From positions 1-64,000 of the forward strand of contig NIVC01003229.1 of the NCBI GenBank assembly GCA_002269645.1: DNA of 64,000 nt, in the 5' to 3' direction. Below, one piece after another: positions 1 to 33,245 of this stretch. A program made the translations under genes and the position numbers. This DNA is from Macrostomum lignano. Taxonomy: Eukaryota. Within the stretch, counting starts at the first letter, position 1; every line of letters starts with the position of its first letter. The notes beneath the pieces are model-generated. The model saw nothing but the letters and a program-made list of their open reading frames with translations. It was not told where the DNA came from and searched no databases.

Positions 1-41
1 ATAGATAGAATGATAGATAGATAGATAGATAGTATAGAATG

Positions 42-85
<44 letters not shown>

Positions 86-96
86 TAGATAGATAG

Positions 97-164
<68 letters not shown>

Positions 165-214
165 GATAGATAGATAGATAGATTAGATAGAGAGATAGAT
201 AATAGTAGATAGAT

Positions 215-289
<75 letters not shown>

Positions 290-502
290 GATAGATAGAT
301 AGAATAGATAGATAGATAGATAGATTGATAGATAGATAGGAATAGATAGATAGATAGTAGATAGATAGATGAGGATAGATAGATTAGATAGATAGAGATA
401 GATAGAGTAGATAGATAGAGTGATAGATAGATAGATAGATAGAATAGATAGATAGATAGATAGATAGCATAGATAGATAGATAGATAGATAGATAGAGAT
501 AG

Positions 503-551
<49 letters not shown>

Positions 552-586
552 TAGATAGATAGATAGAATAGATAGAATAGATAGAT

Positions 587-663
<77 letters not shown>

Positions 664-670
664 TAGATAG
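1..670 (+). repeat. Degenerate (GATA)n microsatellite, probably intronic
   Basis: Interrupted GATA tetramers from the window start; explains the 214..678 IYLS ORF. Confidence 0.97.
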
Positions 671-681
671 ACAAACAACAG

Positions 682-1009
682 ACGGTTCGCCCCGCTCCCG
701 AAGATCCCACAGAGCCGTACGTGCCGTCATGCGTCAAAGTTACTCAGCAGCGCGGTTGAGCTGTCGCTGCCCCTGCGGCTGCAACTTCAGCTCAGACCGC
801 AGTTCAGTGTGGCGTCCCTGCAAGCTCGAGCTGTCAAGTGTGCCGGCGTGTTTCCCAGCATTCTGGCCGCCGGGATGGATGGCGGCGACACGGACGAGGA
901 CGAGGAGGCGGAGGCCGCGGAGGTGCAGCACAGGCGTGACAAGCAGTGGTTCAACTTCCAGCTGGCCAACGGAACTGAGGGCGAGGGCTACCGGCTGAAA
1001 CCGCGATAA
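682..1009 (+). CDS. Probable terminal exon of an unidentified gene entering from upstream
   Basis: CAG acceptor at 679-681 right after the GATA array. GC-rich open frame RFAPLPKIPQ...FSVASLQARAVKCAGVFPSIL...DEDEEAEAAEVQHRRDKQWFNFQLANGTEGEGYRLKPR ends at TAA 1007-1009. No family recognised. Confidence 0.45.
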
Positions 1010-1127
1010 ACTAGAAACAGGCGTCAATAAGTTTGACTGATTTGCGTGGCAGCGCCATTGAAACTTCATCGAATTTATATAACATTGTAACATACATGTA
1101 GGATAACATTAGCCTATTCACCATATT

Positions 1128-1905
1128 CCACTGCTCATTCACCTTCTCCACTGCTCATTCACCTACTCCAGCGCTCATTCGCCTACTCCACTGCTCATTC
1201 ACCTACTCCACTGCTCATTCGCCTACTCCACTGCTCATTCGCCTACTCCAGCGCTCATTCGCCTACTCCAGTGCTCATTCGCCTACTCCACTGCTCATTC
1301 ACCTACTCCACTGCTCATTCGCCTACTCCATTGCTCATTCGCCTACTCCAGCGCTCATTCGCCTACTCCACTGCTCATTCACCTACTCTATTGCTCATTC
1401 GCCTACTCCACTGCTCATTCACCTACTCCACTGCTCATTCACCTACTCCACTGCTCATTCGCCTACTCCACTGCTCATTCGCCTACTCCAGCGCTCATTC
1501 GCCTACTCCAGTGCTCATTCGCCTACTCCACTGCTCATTCACCTACTCCACTGCTCATTCGCCTACTCCATTGCTCATTCGCCTACTCCAGCGCTCATTC
1601 GCCTACTTCATTGCTCATTCACCTACTCTATTGCTCATTCGCCTACTCCACTGCTCATTCACCTTCTCCACTGCTCATTCACCTACTCTAGCGCTCATTC
1701 GCCTACTCCACTGCTCATTCATCTACTCCACTGCTCATTCGCCTACTCCACTGCTCATTCACCTACTCCACTGCTCATTCACCTACTCCAGTGCTCATTC
1801 GCCTACTCCACTGCTCATTCACCTACTCCACTGCTCATTCACCTACTCCACTGCTCATTCACCTACTCCACTGCTCATTCACCTACTTCAATGCTCATTC
1901 ATCCA
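1128..1905 (+). repeat. 20-bp minisatellite CTACTCCACTGCTCATTC(A/G)C
   Basis: Tandem 20-bp units; source of ORF 1271..1969 and the start of 1791..2219. Confidence 0.95.
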
Positions 1906-3439
1906 CTTCACTACCCCACCTACTAGTAGTTTCTTATTCCTCATTTCATGGAAAGAGAACCCGCTGTAAGGAAGTGAAGAAGGGAGCCGATCAGTCAGTT
2001 AAAGAGCTCCTTGAAAAATTGCAACTTTCTTGGGTACTCTTATACAACAATTTGCCACCCCACAGACTAAACGACAACCCAGGGAATTTGAGTTCAAAGC
2101 ACAAAAATAAGCTTTCCTTAACACTTGAGGCGATAAAATTCTACACCGAGACACTAAACAACTACACTTTTCGTGACCTGCTCAAACAGAAACGAACAGT
2201 TAGTTTGCGAAGCTTTTAGCCCTAAGTCTTGATCGTGTTTTCATTAACTTACTTTTTTGATATTTTGGTCACGTTCTTTTGGCATCGATCAACTGTCAAC
2301 ACTTTGTTCATTCTCTTGCAAATTATCAATACAAACTTGCTACTGATGCTGGACATCATCTTATGATCCTACTTATAAAATTGAAGCGTTTGTTCCGTAC
2401 TGCTTGTACTTTTTTGCATTAGCCACCACGCTTGCGGGACTGGCTCCCTTAGCCTGCAAAGGAGATGAACCGAATGAGACAGTAATTCGGGAAGCTAATG
2501 GAAATTTAGCAAGTATATCGAGTGCTGCATAGATGTAGGTGCCACCAGATATAATGTCATGAGAGGCTCACAGTTGGCTTGTATTTTCGTTTTCAAGCAA
2601 CTGTCGATGCTTTTTCTGCTTTGAGTAAATGTATGCCCGCGAACTTATCTGATGTTGGAAGAAAAAAATGAAAAAAAGTCCTGACTTTGAAACTTTGTTT
2701 TTCTTAATAGACTTTATAGAATAATTTGCTAAATCCTACTGTGCGACCTGGAGTTTCCAGCGCTTTCTAATATCCAGAATTTGGCTTAAAAGTGCAAAAC
2801 TTTCTGGTTAGAGCGACTGGAAGGGGAGATTTTTTGGTCCAGAGCGCAACTCCCTCGCCATCCCGAAAAAAATGTCTGTGTTTATTCGGTAAAACATGAA
2901 AATCGACTCGGCAAGGGCTGAGTCTCCCTGACGGCGAGGTGAATTAATTATATGATTTTTCCCGCAGCTTTGCTCCGCAGGCTGACATTAAAAAATTGTT
3001 GAGCAAATGGAAAGCCCTTATAGTGGAGCAAGTGAGCACTTCAGCGTCTCGCCTAGCGAAAGGAAATGCTAAGCCATTAAAGGCTCAGAGACACAGAAAA
3101 CAGGCGGTTGCCATAATCGGGGCCATCTATCGATTTCTAGTCCGGATAATGCCACCGTACAGGCAGACAGGCAACGTCCTGGCGCTGCTGGCTTTTGTAG
3201 AGGCAGCGACTGTCTTATAGAGAGCTTATCTAGCGAGAGGTCGACGGACTGTTAGGCGTCTTCAGGGTCTCGCGCGCGATCCAATAGGCTTGGGGCTGAG
3301 TTTCTTTCTCTACCAGCTATTGGTAGAAGCTCGACTTTCGGTGTTCCCCTATTTCTGAATGAAATACTCCGACAGTGGGAAATTGTCGGCCAAGAAACAA
3401 GTAAGAGAATGACTAAATTGATCAGACGGATAGATCAGA

Positions 3440-6400
3440 ATGGCCCGTCGTGGAACTCGAAAACTGTCGAAAAAAGCCAGCATGCCTAACGCAAGCGGCG
3501 CAGCAAGCAATGGAGGCAGCCTGGCGCGCGAGTGTCGCGAAGCGCTACACGACTTTGTTGCCAACTCGAGCATTCGCGGACTTAAACGGACGCTGTTCTC
3601 ACCAACTAGGCTATTGCGAGTCTTCTGGACTGTGTTTCTGCTCAGTAGCTTTGTGCTGGCAATGTCTCAGGTTAGTATTGACAAAGGGTAAGACATGGCG
3701 GTAAAATTTCGCATCGTTGAAGGCATTAAACTTCACAAAATCAAAAATTAAACATTAAAAAGTGTAAACCTTCAAGCTGGGATGGTCGTAAAGACTTTAA
3801 GAGTGTGTGAAATTATGAACTTTTAAAAATTACTAGCAAGACAATGAGCAAACTTTACTTACGTCGTACAACCAACCATTCTTGAAGGTTGCCTTCCTAT
3901 TGGAGAAGTATTTGAAACGCGAGACCACTGTTCAGCAACAAAAGATCTACGGCCACCTGGAAGCCTTTCCCGCGGTGTCCTTCTGCGTGTCTGACCCGTT
4001 CTCTGACGGTGCAACGGAACTTTGGTCTAGCGGCGCCGTCGAGTCCCCAAACGAATACAGTCGGAAAGTTCGCCAGGCCGCTCTGCAGCTGATGCGGGCA
4101 CCAACTCGGGAAAATCGGCAGCTGCTATCGGCGCTGCTCAGACTGGACCAGAGAGAGGCCTACTTCCAGAATGTGGACAACCTGACAAACTTGATGCAGC
4201 TGGGCCACACTCAGCCGTTCTACTTCTGCGCCATCAACCCGTTTGACCATGGCCAGCCGGTGTTCAAGTACTACGACAGAAACAGTTGTAATCTGACGGT
4301 GACGCGATGGCTGCATCCCATCTACCTAAACTGCTATACGCTAAGCTTCGCCAATCGTGCATTCTCCCAGGCGCTAAAGTCCATCTTTCTGGTGTTGCCA
4401 GCTGGTCGTTCCGAGCCGCGTGACGGCTTCGGGCCGTACGAGAATGCCAGCTTCTTGCGCGACACGCTGAAAAAGTACACCACTATGCAGGTAGTGCTGC
4501 ACGAGGCGAAGAAGAAGCCAAACTTTGACGAGACTGTTATGCTCACCGCTCATCAGTCGGATGTGAGTACTATCCTCATCCAATTCTGCTTAACCTAATG
4601 GCTACGTATCACTTAAAAAGCTACTTATATATGAAACATCGAGATCATTCCGGGTCAAGCAATCAATATGTGTACTCTTAAAATTTATGAGGATTAATGC
4701 CACAAGCCTGCACGTACTGAGGTGACTAATTTCATTTGATTCCCTCGTCGTAGCGATTTTCTCGACTTATCCTTCGGATTAGCGCCAAGTCAATCTGAAT
4801 TGAAGAAAGGGCTTCTCCGACAGAATACAGCTTTGTTTGATTGTCTTTAAATAAGGAACGGACTGGAGAGCAAATACTCCAAATACTCCACTTGAACTGG
4901 AACATGCAAAGGACGTCGGAGAATTCCTATCGAACTGTATGCCTGCCGATTCTCGATAAGGCATGCAAAGATCACGGATGAAACAAAATTTTCGAGGTCA
5001 AGTGCAGAGAAATTTTTCTGCGTGTCTAATCCGACAAACCATCGGTATAAACATGAGCGATGCTGGATAGCAAAATTTGCATTTAGAGATTTCGAGTGAG
5101 CGACTATGGGCTAGGCACAGTCTATGCGCGGTGGCTAAGCTCAGAGGATTATCAGTAAGAAAAAGTCACTCGCACCTTACTAGAATGGAGTTATGGTGAG
5201 TTACTTCGACTGTGAAGCTTGATCTTACCCGCCGACGCTGATGGACGTCGGCCAAACGTCGATGTACGAGCGCAAAAGTACGCACTTTGACAGCTACTTC
5301 GACAGAGAAGCAAGCTAACTAAAACAAATATTATGTAAATTTTATAAGACCTCAGTGCTCTCAGTCCGCAGTAATGCAGCAGAAGATATGGGAAAAGGCA
5401 TGCACACTTTATGTCATTAATATAATGATCGGTTGCACTTCCAAGACAAGCCATGTAAATGTCAGTAATAAAGACGCTGGGAAATGTAAAGAAGCAGAAA
5501 AATTGTTTGCATTTTACTGCTGTAGAGGCTAAAAAATTTTTTTACATATTTTCCTGGCTGTAAATAAAGTACAGTAGTGCAGTTTGCGTCTGATACACCA
5601 AATCCAAGTTAGCAATGCAAAAGTATCACAAACTCTTGATAAACTACTTCAATAGAAAAGAAAAGCTTTTCAAAAGTAACAGTTTGATTGAAATAAAATT
5701 TCTGGAGATGTAGTTACACGAGCTACATATTTCATTCAAAAGTTGTGCGTGATATACACAATCGCAATGCCACTGATTGTCTTACAGAGAAGATCAAGTA
5801 CATAACTTAGTTTTTATGGAGCTTGTTTGCAGCATGCAAGTACGCTCGTACGAGCGGTATACGAGTGTGCGCTCGTACACAAAACGGCTCCAATGTACAG
5901 TGCATCCCTCTCTTAACGTCCAACCCTTCTGTGTTGAGTATTTTATACACTCCGTCACTTGTAAGCAAATCTCGCTGTTTTGCAACTCGCGAAATTTTGC
6001 TTAGTCAAGCGTTTTGATTTTTGTGATTAATGACACCATCATGAGTGTGCAATCGAAAAGAAGGCACGGAATGCTCAAGCGATGGTAAAAGTGTATTGCT
6101 ACAGGTGGAGACTATTTTGAGAAGGCTGCCTTGAAGTTTGATGATGATGATGAATGACTACAGATTGGTTTCTTTGAGGACAAAATATCGCTTTTTATAT
6201 TTTTAAACTTTTACTGTAAGACTATCAGTGGCATTGCGATGGTTTTTCAGGCATAACTTTCGAATGAAATGACCAAAATATACTCAGCAACAGTCAAAAG
6301 CTCCACCCCACTAAGCGAGATGATTTTTTCACTTATTGCGAGTGACGCAACCTACGGCATGCGCAAAGCTTATTGCCGCTTGGGGTGGCTTGGCACTCTG

Positions 6401-8513
6401 CGCTGGCCCTCCCGGTCCCCAGACATGAATCCCATCGAGCATGTCTGGGACTTCCTAAAACGTAGCATTCGAAAAGAGAATCCACCATAGAATGTTGCGG
6501 AGAGCTCTGCGTCATGCCATTGAAAACGCTTCGGAGCGGCTTCCCGAGGACTTTCTGCGCCGCCTCATCATTGGGATTCCCCGCAGAGTCGTCGCACTTC
6601 TGCGTGCGAGGGGATCCCACACGCATCGCGATTCTAACTGAATATTGCATAAAAAATTATGATTTTACTACGAGTATTGATAGTCAATCAACTTTCCCTT
6701 CCTCGCGGCAGCTTAGTTGCGTAACTTGAGGGATATTGAATTGTGAGTGTGAAGTTTTCGCAATTTGGAGGGTGGAACTTTTGACTGTTGCTGAGTATAC
6801 ATGCAACTGAATTCATTGGAAAGAAGAGATGTACCGCTTTAAAATGACGCCAAAGTTGTGCTTGCAGTTGCTTTTTCTCTGGAATTATTCAAAACTTTCC
6901 GGACACCCCTCTTGAAAAGTATAGAAAAAAACTTTTGCATATACCCGTATAGTAGTTAAAAACAAAGATTTTGAACCATATCCAACATTGGGTTTGGTTT
7001 TTTGCCAGCCGCAGAACGCTTTAAAATGTGCAAGTCGCTCTTGAGTCACGAATGCGTATTTCGGAGGCTCTTAAGACGCACTCTTTTTTAATGTAAATAA
7101 TGAGACATCTCGACTGATGTGGCTCAAGAGTTGACAAACAGTTGAGTCTCGTAACTTTGCTTGTTTTTAGTGCTACTTTTTCAGTTTTAATTTTTTATCG
7201 TGATTTCAACAATCCAGTTGCAAGTATCAAACGCCGGGTATACATGCAGAGTGCCATGTCAGGCAAGGAAGTATTCAGTCGAGTTAGACATTAGAGGTCC
7301 CCAATGGGGTAAAACCAGTATTTCATGTCACTAATGCAGGCACTATTAAATCGATAAGGAGGCTTAGTAAAACAAGCAGAAGTCTTCCATCCTTTGCATT
7401 TAGATTAACGTAATCAGCTTCACGACAAGCAAGTACGTCAACAACGACTGCAGCATCGGCAAGGACGAGCAAAGCGAAATCGGCGACGCGGAGGTTGGCA
7501 ACAATCCAAACGACTTCGACGCTTGTCTGGAGCACCGAATCGAGCAGGACGTGATTGACAGGTGCGCCTGCACCCAGCGACTAATGCGTACAGACCCGAC
7601 GGTGCCGTTCTGCTTTGCAATCAACTGGACTAATCTCAACTCGACCGTGTCTAGAATGGACTGCAGTCTGTCTGGCGGAACCTACCTCACCAGTTTCTCG
7701 GCCGCATCCAAGGCCTGCCCGCGGCCCTGTCAGAGCATCGTGTACGATCTGAACGTGCTGCGCAGTGCCAATAGAGCGTCGGCGTGGCAGGACTGCTGGT
7801 ACATGTGGATGCTGATGGATTCCACGGTGACCGCGCATCAAAGAGACAGCTACTTGATGCAGCATCTCAACGCCAGCGGCGACAGCTTCAACGAATCGGT
7901 CTGCCGACGCCCCTGGTACCACCAGCTGCCCTACGTGAAGCTGAAGATTGTCCGGCAAGACTTTACCACCAGGACATTCAATGAGACTCTCGTACTCACC
8001 TCAGCGGCTCTCTTTGCTCAGGTGGGAGCGGCGCTGGCCTTCTATCTGGGATTGACGCTCACGTTTTTAGCCGAGCTGGCCGATCTGGCCATCCGGTTGG
8101 GCTGGCGCTGTCTCATTAGTAAACGAAAATCCTGGCGTCAGAGAAGAAGAGAACGTCAGAATCAGAACCAGAAACAACAGCAACAGCTGCGGAATCAGCA
8201 GAACCAGGCGGAAATAAAGACTGAGTCAACAATAAATTCAGTAGCCTGCAGCAGCGGGCGCAGTGGGGGTGGTCTCTGCATCGCCAACAACTCTGGTCTG
8301 GCTGTCGATGTCAGTCCTCGGGTAGGGAGAACGCCTGGCAGGGCTTTGGACTTCATTGCGACTACATCTACGCGGACGAGGACGACTTCTCAGACGATGA
8401 TGTCGAAGGAGACGCAACCGCGGCGGTGTCCGACGACTTGCGATTGGATTCAGCTGACTATCGATACATCTAGATTCACTCGAATTGCTTCAAATGTCTG
8501 CCTAGTCTATTGA
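3440..8513 (+). CDS. DEG/ENaC (ASIC/FaNaC-like) amiloride-sensitive channel family subunit, 3 exons, about 671 aa
   Basis: Exons 3440-3670, 3888-4562 and 7404-8513, all phase 0 with GT/AG ends. Hallmarks: pre-TM1 SSIRG (HG-motif position), TM1 RVFWTVFLLSSFVL, FPAVSFC, HPIYLNCYTL, thumb cysteines CAC...C...C...CPRPC, TM2 LFAQVGAALAFYLGLTLTFLAE, Gln-rich C-terminal tail. Confidence 0.9.
6281..6797 (+). mobile_element. Internally deleted Tc1-family (DD34E-type) DNA transposon in DEG/ENaC intron 2
   Basis: 27-bp TIRs TACTCAGCAACAGTCAAAAG(C/T)TCCACC with one mismatch, flanked by TA. Internal WPSRSPDMNPIEHVWDFLKR and frameshifted LRHAIENASERLPEDFLRRLIIGIPRRVVALLRARG match the Tc1 transposase C-terminus. 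Confidence 0.88.
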
Positions 8514-8687
8514 GAGTTCCATTGGTCAAACTACTTGTATAGTCTACAGTTTTATTGTCGCTACATTTATGAAAATCTACAAAGTAGGAGAACTGCACGC
8601 TTACTGGAACCCGCAGCTATGCTGGCAAACAGGTGGATGTAGATAAACGTAAATATTTTTAGCTAAGCTTATTACTGATTATTAGCT

Positions 8688-9280
8688 AGACTGGTAGATA
8701 AGCCTACAGACTAGTAGATAAGCCTACAGACTGGTAGCTAAGCCTACAGACTGGTAGCTAAGCCTACAGACTGTAGATAAGCCTACAGACTGGTAGCTAA
8801 GCCTACAGACTGGTAGATAAGCCTACAGACTGGTAGATAAGCCTACAGACTGGTAGATAAGCCTACAGACTGGTAGATAAGCTACAGACTGATAGCTACG
8901 CCTACAGACTGGTAGCTAAGCTACAGACTGGTAGCTAAGCGTACAGACTGGTAGCTAAGCCTACAGACTGGTAGCTAAGCCTACAGACTGGTAGCTAAGC
9001 CTACAGACTGGTAGCTAAGCCTACAGACTGGTAGCTAAGCCTACAGACTGGTAGCTAAGCCTACAGACTGGTAGCTAAGCCTACAGACTGGTAGATAAGC
9101 CTACAGGCTGGTAGATAAGCATACAGACTGGTAGCTAAGCCTACAGACTGGTAAATAAGCCTACAGACTGGTAGATAAGCCTACAGATTGGTAGATAAGC
9201 CTACAGACTGGTAGCTAAGCCTACAGACTGGTAGCTAAGCCTACAGACTGGTAGCTAAGCCTACAGACTGGTAGCTAAGC
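8688..9280 (+). repeat. 20-bp minisatellite CTACAGACTGGTAG(A/C)TAAGC
   Basis: Tandem units just 3' of the DEG/ENaC stop codon. Confidence 0.95.
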
Positions 9281-10099
9281 GCCATTTCATCACTAACACA
9301 GCCATCACTAACACATCACTAAAAATTCGTATCTAACTTTGTTGCCAGTAGTTATGAAGACTGGCTAGCAGTACAGAATGTAATTATTGTCCCATAGAAA
9401 TTACAAATAGAGTAAATTGTTTATTTAGTAATATATTTTGTACGTAATTTTATCAATCGTTTTTGTTTTAGTAGTTAGTAGGTCGATACAAATTTAAAAA
9501 CATTGACTATAAAGCGAAAAAAATATTTTACAGAATCAACTACCTGTGCATTATAATTAGGTCAATTCCTGTTTGCCTAAAAGTACATGAACTCATTTTG
9601 AAAAAGGAATCTCTTTTCCTAATATCTGCAGGCGCAAATTTTAAATAAAAATCTACGTAATAAGCTCGGAAGGCTACTTATTACATCAGTAGTAGAATGG
9701 GGGTGATAAGCATGATAATTAATCGAATTAGCCATTGGCTTTTTAAGGGCGCCGAATTGCATGATAATTACATTTAGCTTCAGGTTTCCGAGACACGGGG
9801 TCTCAAAGCTGTGCTCAGGTATTGAATAGTGTCAATTAGAAAGATATTACAGGTGGCAAGCATATAGTTAGTTAGCAAAAGCGGGGAAGCCGGCCAAGAA
9901 GTCAGTGTCCGAAAATTCGAACAAACAAAGCTCATTTTACCGAATAGCAATGCAAAAGCTCTGATAATGTGTTTGTAAATAAATTTATTCCCTATATAGA
10001 TAGTGAATACAATTGTAAAATACGAGCAAATCACAAATACTAGCATTCACAAAGTCTGTTCAGATATCACGAAAACTTTCTAAGGTTTGGAGATCGAGG

Positions 10100-10578
10100 T
10101 TGGCTTTGACTGGGGGTTGGTTGGCTATGATTAGGTGTTGACTCTGATTGGGGGTTGGCTCTGATTGGGGGTTGGCTCTCATTGGGGGTTGGCTCTCATT
10201 GGGGGTTGGCTCTCATTGGGGATTGGCTCTGATTGGGGGTTGGCTCTCATTGGGGTTGGCTCTGATTGGGGGTTGGCTCTCATTGGGGGTTGGCTCTGAT
10301 TAGGGGTTGGCTCTCATTGGGGGTTGGCTCTCATTGAGGGTTGGCTGTCTTTGGGGGTTGGCTCTGATTGGGGGGTTGGCTCTGATTAGGGGGAGGCTCT
10401 CATTGGGGGTTGGCTCTGATTGGGGGTTGGCTCTGATTGGGGTTGGCTCTGATTAGGGGGAGGCTCTCATTGGGGGTTGGCTCTGATTGGGGGTTGGCTC
10501 TGATTGGGGGTTGGCTCTGATTGGGGGTTGGCTCTGATTGGGGGTTGGCTCTGATTGGGGGTTGGCTCTGATTGAGGG
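10100..10578 (+). repeat. 17-bp G-rich minisatellite GGGGGTTGGCTCT(G/C)ATT
   Basis: Tandem units immediately 3' of the otopetrin stop (minus-strand gene). Confidence 0.93.
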
Positions 10579-10654
10579 TTGGGCTCGTTATTGGCTGGTT
10601 GTATTTTTGTACTGTTTAGTTTCAGTTAGTTTAATCCAAAAAAATACTTTTAGA

Positions 10655-27907
<17,253 letters not shown>

Positions 27908-29174
27908 TCGAGCAAGAACCTAAGCACGAGCTGCGGTCAATGAGGTGACGAACGCATTTATATGCAGCTTTGCATGCAAATTCGCAATCAGCACGGCGTG
28001 GTTCGTATGAAGAAGGAATTAAAAAAATAGCTATTTATTATCGCTTTTTTGCTACAATAAAAAATTTAGTAAAAGAATTTTTTTGGTGTAATAATAAATT
28101 TTACAAAGAAAATTTAATAAAAACCATATAGAACCTGTTACTGAATAAAAAAATTAAAAAGAATTTGTTAATCTTTTGAGATACTGATTTAAAACAAAAC
28201 CTTTTATTTAAAAGCGTAAAAAGCTATGTTTTGTTTTTTATAATTATTAAAGCTGTGAACAAAAAACGAAATTTGTTTTTACTAAACATACCAAACGTTT
28301 TCTTTTTTCACTTTGTGGTATTTCCCTTAGATAGCACATTTTCAAGAAAGAATTTAGCGATAAAATTTCGAACTGAACGAGTATCTATAACAGTATTATA
28401 AAATAATATAAATTTTAAACAGCTCCGAAAAAAAACTAAGGAATGATTAAATCCTGCGTAACTTTATTCTCACTTATACCAGCAAGGAAAGCAATAATTA
28501 GACTCCACAAAGCATTCCAATTAAATTAGTTGACTCGAAGTTCTCGAACCAGATACATGCTACTATAATAATTTTGTTGGTGTTATTGCTTTGGGAACGA
28601 GCAACGAGCAAAAGAAATTGTAATCATATTTGCTTAGTATTCATAGACAAATTAGGGTACGTAAATTAAAATAAGCTACATTTTGAATATAAAACAAGGA
28701 GAAGGAAAACATATTTATATTCTAATGACTTTTTCTTACCATACTATCAATTTATCTTATAGAAGTAACACGTTTGATAACAAATATTTCTTCGGCAACA
28801 AATTAAATATATAGTTATAAATTACTCCATCTTTAAATTTTTATTCAAACGAGAACATTCTTAAGTAGAACTTATAAAGCCTATTTTCATTCGATTTGAG
28901 TGTACAAAAATTAACATTTCAAAGATGCGAATTTTTTTAGGTCTGACTTAGTGATACTAATAATTTTGAAACAAAATATACAAACTTTTGAGACTTTATT
29001 TCCGCTATTTTACAAAATGTGTAAATAATATATTCAATTTTTTACCAATGTCTATTACTACTCATTTATTTTAATTCTAGCAACAAGTGGCCGGGTGCGT
29101 CGCCCCTAGCCGCGGTCTCGAAGCGAGAGGGAGCTGCAGCCCGACCGTTGAAACTGAGCACAAAGCTCTCTGAA
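27908..29174. promoter_or_regulatory. AT-rich divergent intergenic region between otopetrin and MATCAP start codons
   Basis: Head-to-head ATGs at 27907 (-) and 29175 (+); very AT-rich and free of arrays. Promoter function is inferred from position only. Confidence 0.4.
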
Positions 29175-31816
<2,642 letters not shown>

Positions 31817-31904
31817 GCTGCTCGTTCCGCGACAGTGACCGAACCATGAAGCTAGAATTTTACAAAACCAACATTGACTGCTCCCGAATCCGACTCAACA
31901 TCTC

Positions 31905-32400
31905 TGACCCAGACTCCCTGACACCGACGGTTATACCTGACCCGGACTCCCTGATACCGACGTTACCTGACCCGGACTCCCTGATACCGACGTTACCTGA
32001 CCCGGACTCCCTGACATCGACGTTACCTGACCCGGACTCCCTGACATCGACGTTACCTGACCCGGACTCTCTGACACCGACGGTTATACCTGACCCGGAC
32101 TCCCTCTCCCTGACACCGACGTTACCTGACCCGGACTCCCTGACACCGACGGTTATACCTGACCCGGACTCCCTCTCCCTGACACCGACGTTACCTGACC
32201 CGGACTCCCTGACACCGACGTTACCTGACTCAGACTCTCTGACACCGACGGTTATACCTGACCCAGACTCCCTGCCACCGACGTCTCCTGACCCTGACTC
32301 TGACACCGACATTACCTACCGGTATACACAGTGTCTGACACCGACATCTCGTAACTCAGACTCTGACACTGGCATTACCTATACCCAGACTTTGACACCG
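31905..32400 (+). repeat. 30/33/36-bp minisatellite ACACCGACGTTACCTGACCCGGACTCCCTG
   Basis: Variant units are all multiples of 3; open on both strands. Confidence 0.9.
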
Positions 32401-32778
32401 ACGTCACGTGAAATCCTGACACCGCCCACTGCCTAACCCAGACTCTGACAGTCTGACACCAACATAATCTTTCCATATCCATCAGACCTTGACTCTCAGC
32501 TCAATGACATTATACCTCAAAAACTTCCATATATTTTTAAGGCGACCACATCCTCACCATACAAGTAAATATTTCACAGCCTTTCATACGACTTCCAAAT
32601 TGAAGATTACATATTATCTTTTATTCTTGATTCAACAGACAAGCAGGTTATTAATATTTATCTTTTTGCAGATAAATTGTGTACTTTTATCTATTTTTAC
32701 CATTCCATTGTTGTGTACCTATTTTGTGAAAAATGTAATTTTATGCGCTGATATCGATTGGAGAACTTAAAATCATCC

Positions 32779-33245
32779 AGAGATAGACATTGGGGATAGA
32801 CATTGGGGATAGACATTTGGGATAGACATTCGGGGTAGACATTTGGGATAGACATTCGGGGTAGACATTTAGGATAGACATTCGGGATAGACATTTGGGA
32901 TAGACATTCGGGATAGACATTGGGAATAGACATTGGGATAGACATTGGGGATAGACATTGGGGATAGACATTCGGGGTAGACATTGGGGATGGATATTCA
33001 GGATAGACATTGGGGATAGACATTCGGGGTAGACATTGGGGATGGATATTCAGGATAGACATTGGGTATAGACATTCGGGATAGACATCGGGGATAGACA
33101 TCGGGGATAGACATCGGGGATAGACATCGGGGATAGACATCGGGGATAGACATCGGGGATAGACATTGGGGATAGACATTGAGAATAGACATTGGGGATA
33201 GACATTGGGGATAGACATTGGGAATAGACATTGGGGATAGATATC
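32779..33245 (+). repeat. 13-bp minisatellite GATAGACATT(G/C)GG
   Basis: Tandem units. Confidence 0.95.

Noticed and set aside
1910-2219. Unique tail of ORF 1791..2219 as a gene or transposase piece
   Set aside because: The ORF begins in the minisatellite and has no recognisable motif or splice signals.
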